DNA of 63,516 nt, the filler included, from Pirum gemmata (lineage: Eukaryota): NCBI GenBank assembly GCA_002812295.1. It is 19 parts of 19 records of this genome, joined end to end, with 100 filler letters (N's around TTAATTAATTAA, not from the genome) between each part and the next. Parts side by side here need not be neighbours in the genome. Positions count along the whole stretch, not along the records: positions 61,289 to 63,516 come from PDIN01003433.1; 18 more parts are not named here. One strand, 5' to 3'. The position numbers and the translations under genes are program-made. Positions 63,421 to 63,516 of the stretch are shown here, in pieces. The notes below the pieces were generated by a model. The model was not told the DNA's origin and searched no databases. It saw only the letters and a program-made list of their open reading frames with translations. The number at the start of each line of letters is the position of its first letter. Position 1 is the first letter of the stretch.

Positions 63421-63516
63421 TGTAACTATTGCTCTACCTATTACTACCCCTACAACTAGGACTAGAATTATATAATCCTAACAAATTTGAAATATAGGTT
63501 TGAGGGCATGTCCCCT

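Overview
AT-rich eukaryotic DNA with GT-AG introns, the standard genetic code and TTAGGG-type repeats; the organism cannot be identified from sequence. The window is not one locus: 18 artificial N-TTAATTAATTAA-N spacers join 19 small scaffolds (mostly ~3.2 kb), so adjacency across spacers is meaningless and most genes are partial. Hand-spliced genes or fragments: MFS sugar porter, lipoate ligase (LplA/LIPT1-like), Q-rich C2H2 factor, DUF3684/sacsin-type GHKL fragment, PIP kinase with a GPCR-PIPK-like linker motif, MATE transporter, secreted PAN/apple protein, DUF985 cupin, complete secreted EEP hydrolase, ricin-B lectin, CMC4-like CX9C protein, claudin-like 4TM protein and several unknowns. 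Non-coding DNA holds telomere-like hexamer tracts and variants (often intronic), about nine families of short non-autonomous elements, most with terminal inverted repeats (Harbinger-, hAT-, P-like and TA-flanked), and 59-310 bp tandem arrays. Most notable: (i) three unrelated genes whose last coding segment is re-copied downstream as decaying tandem units, one grading into a 2.5-kb satellite; (ii) a candidate GPCR-PIPK; (iii) telomere-like repeats filling introns in stepwise variant blocks; (iv) well-resolved nested MITE insertions. No rRNA, tRNA, CRISPR or transposase gene was recognised. Family assignments come from remembered motifs; no searches were run.
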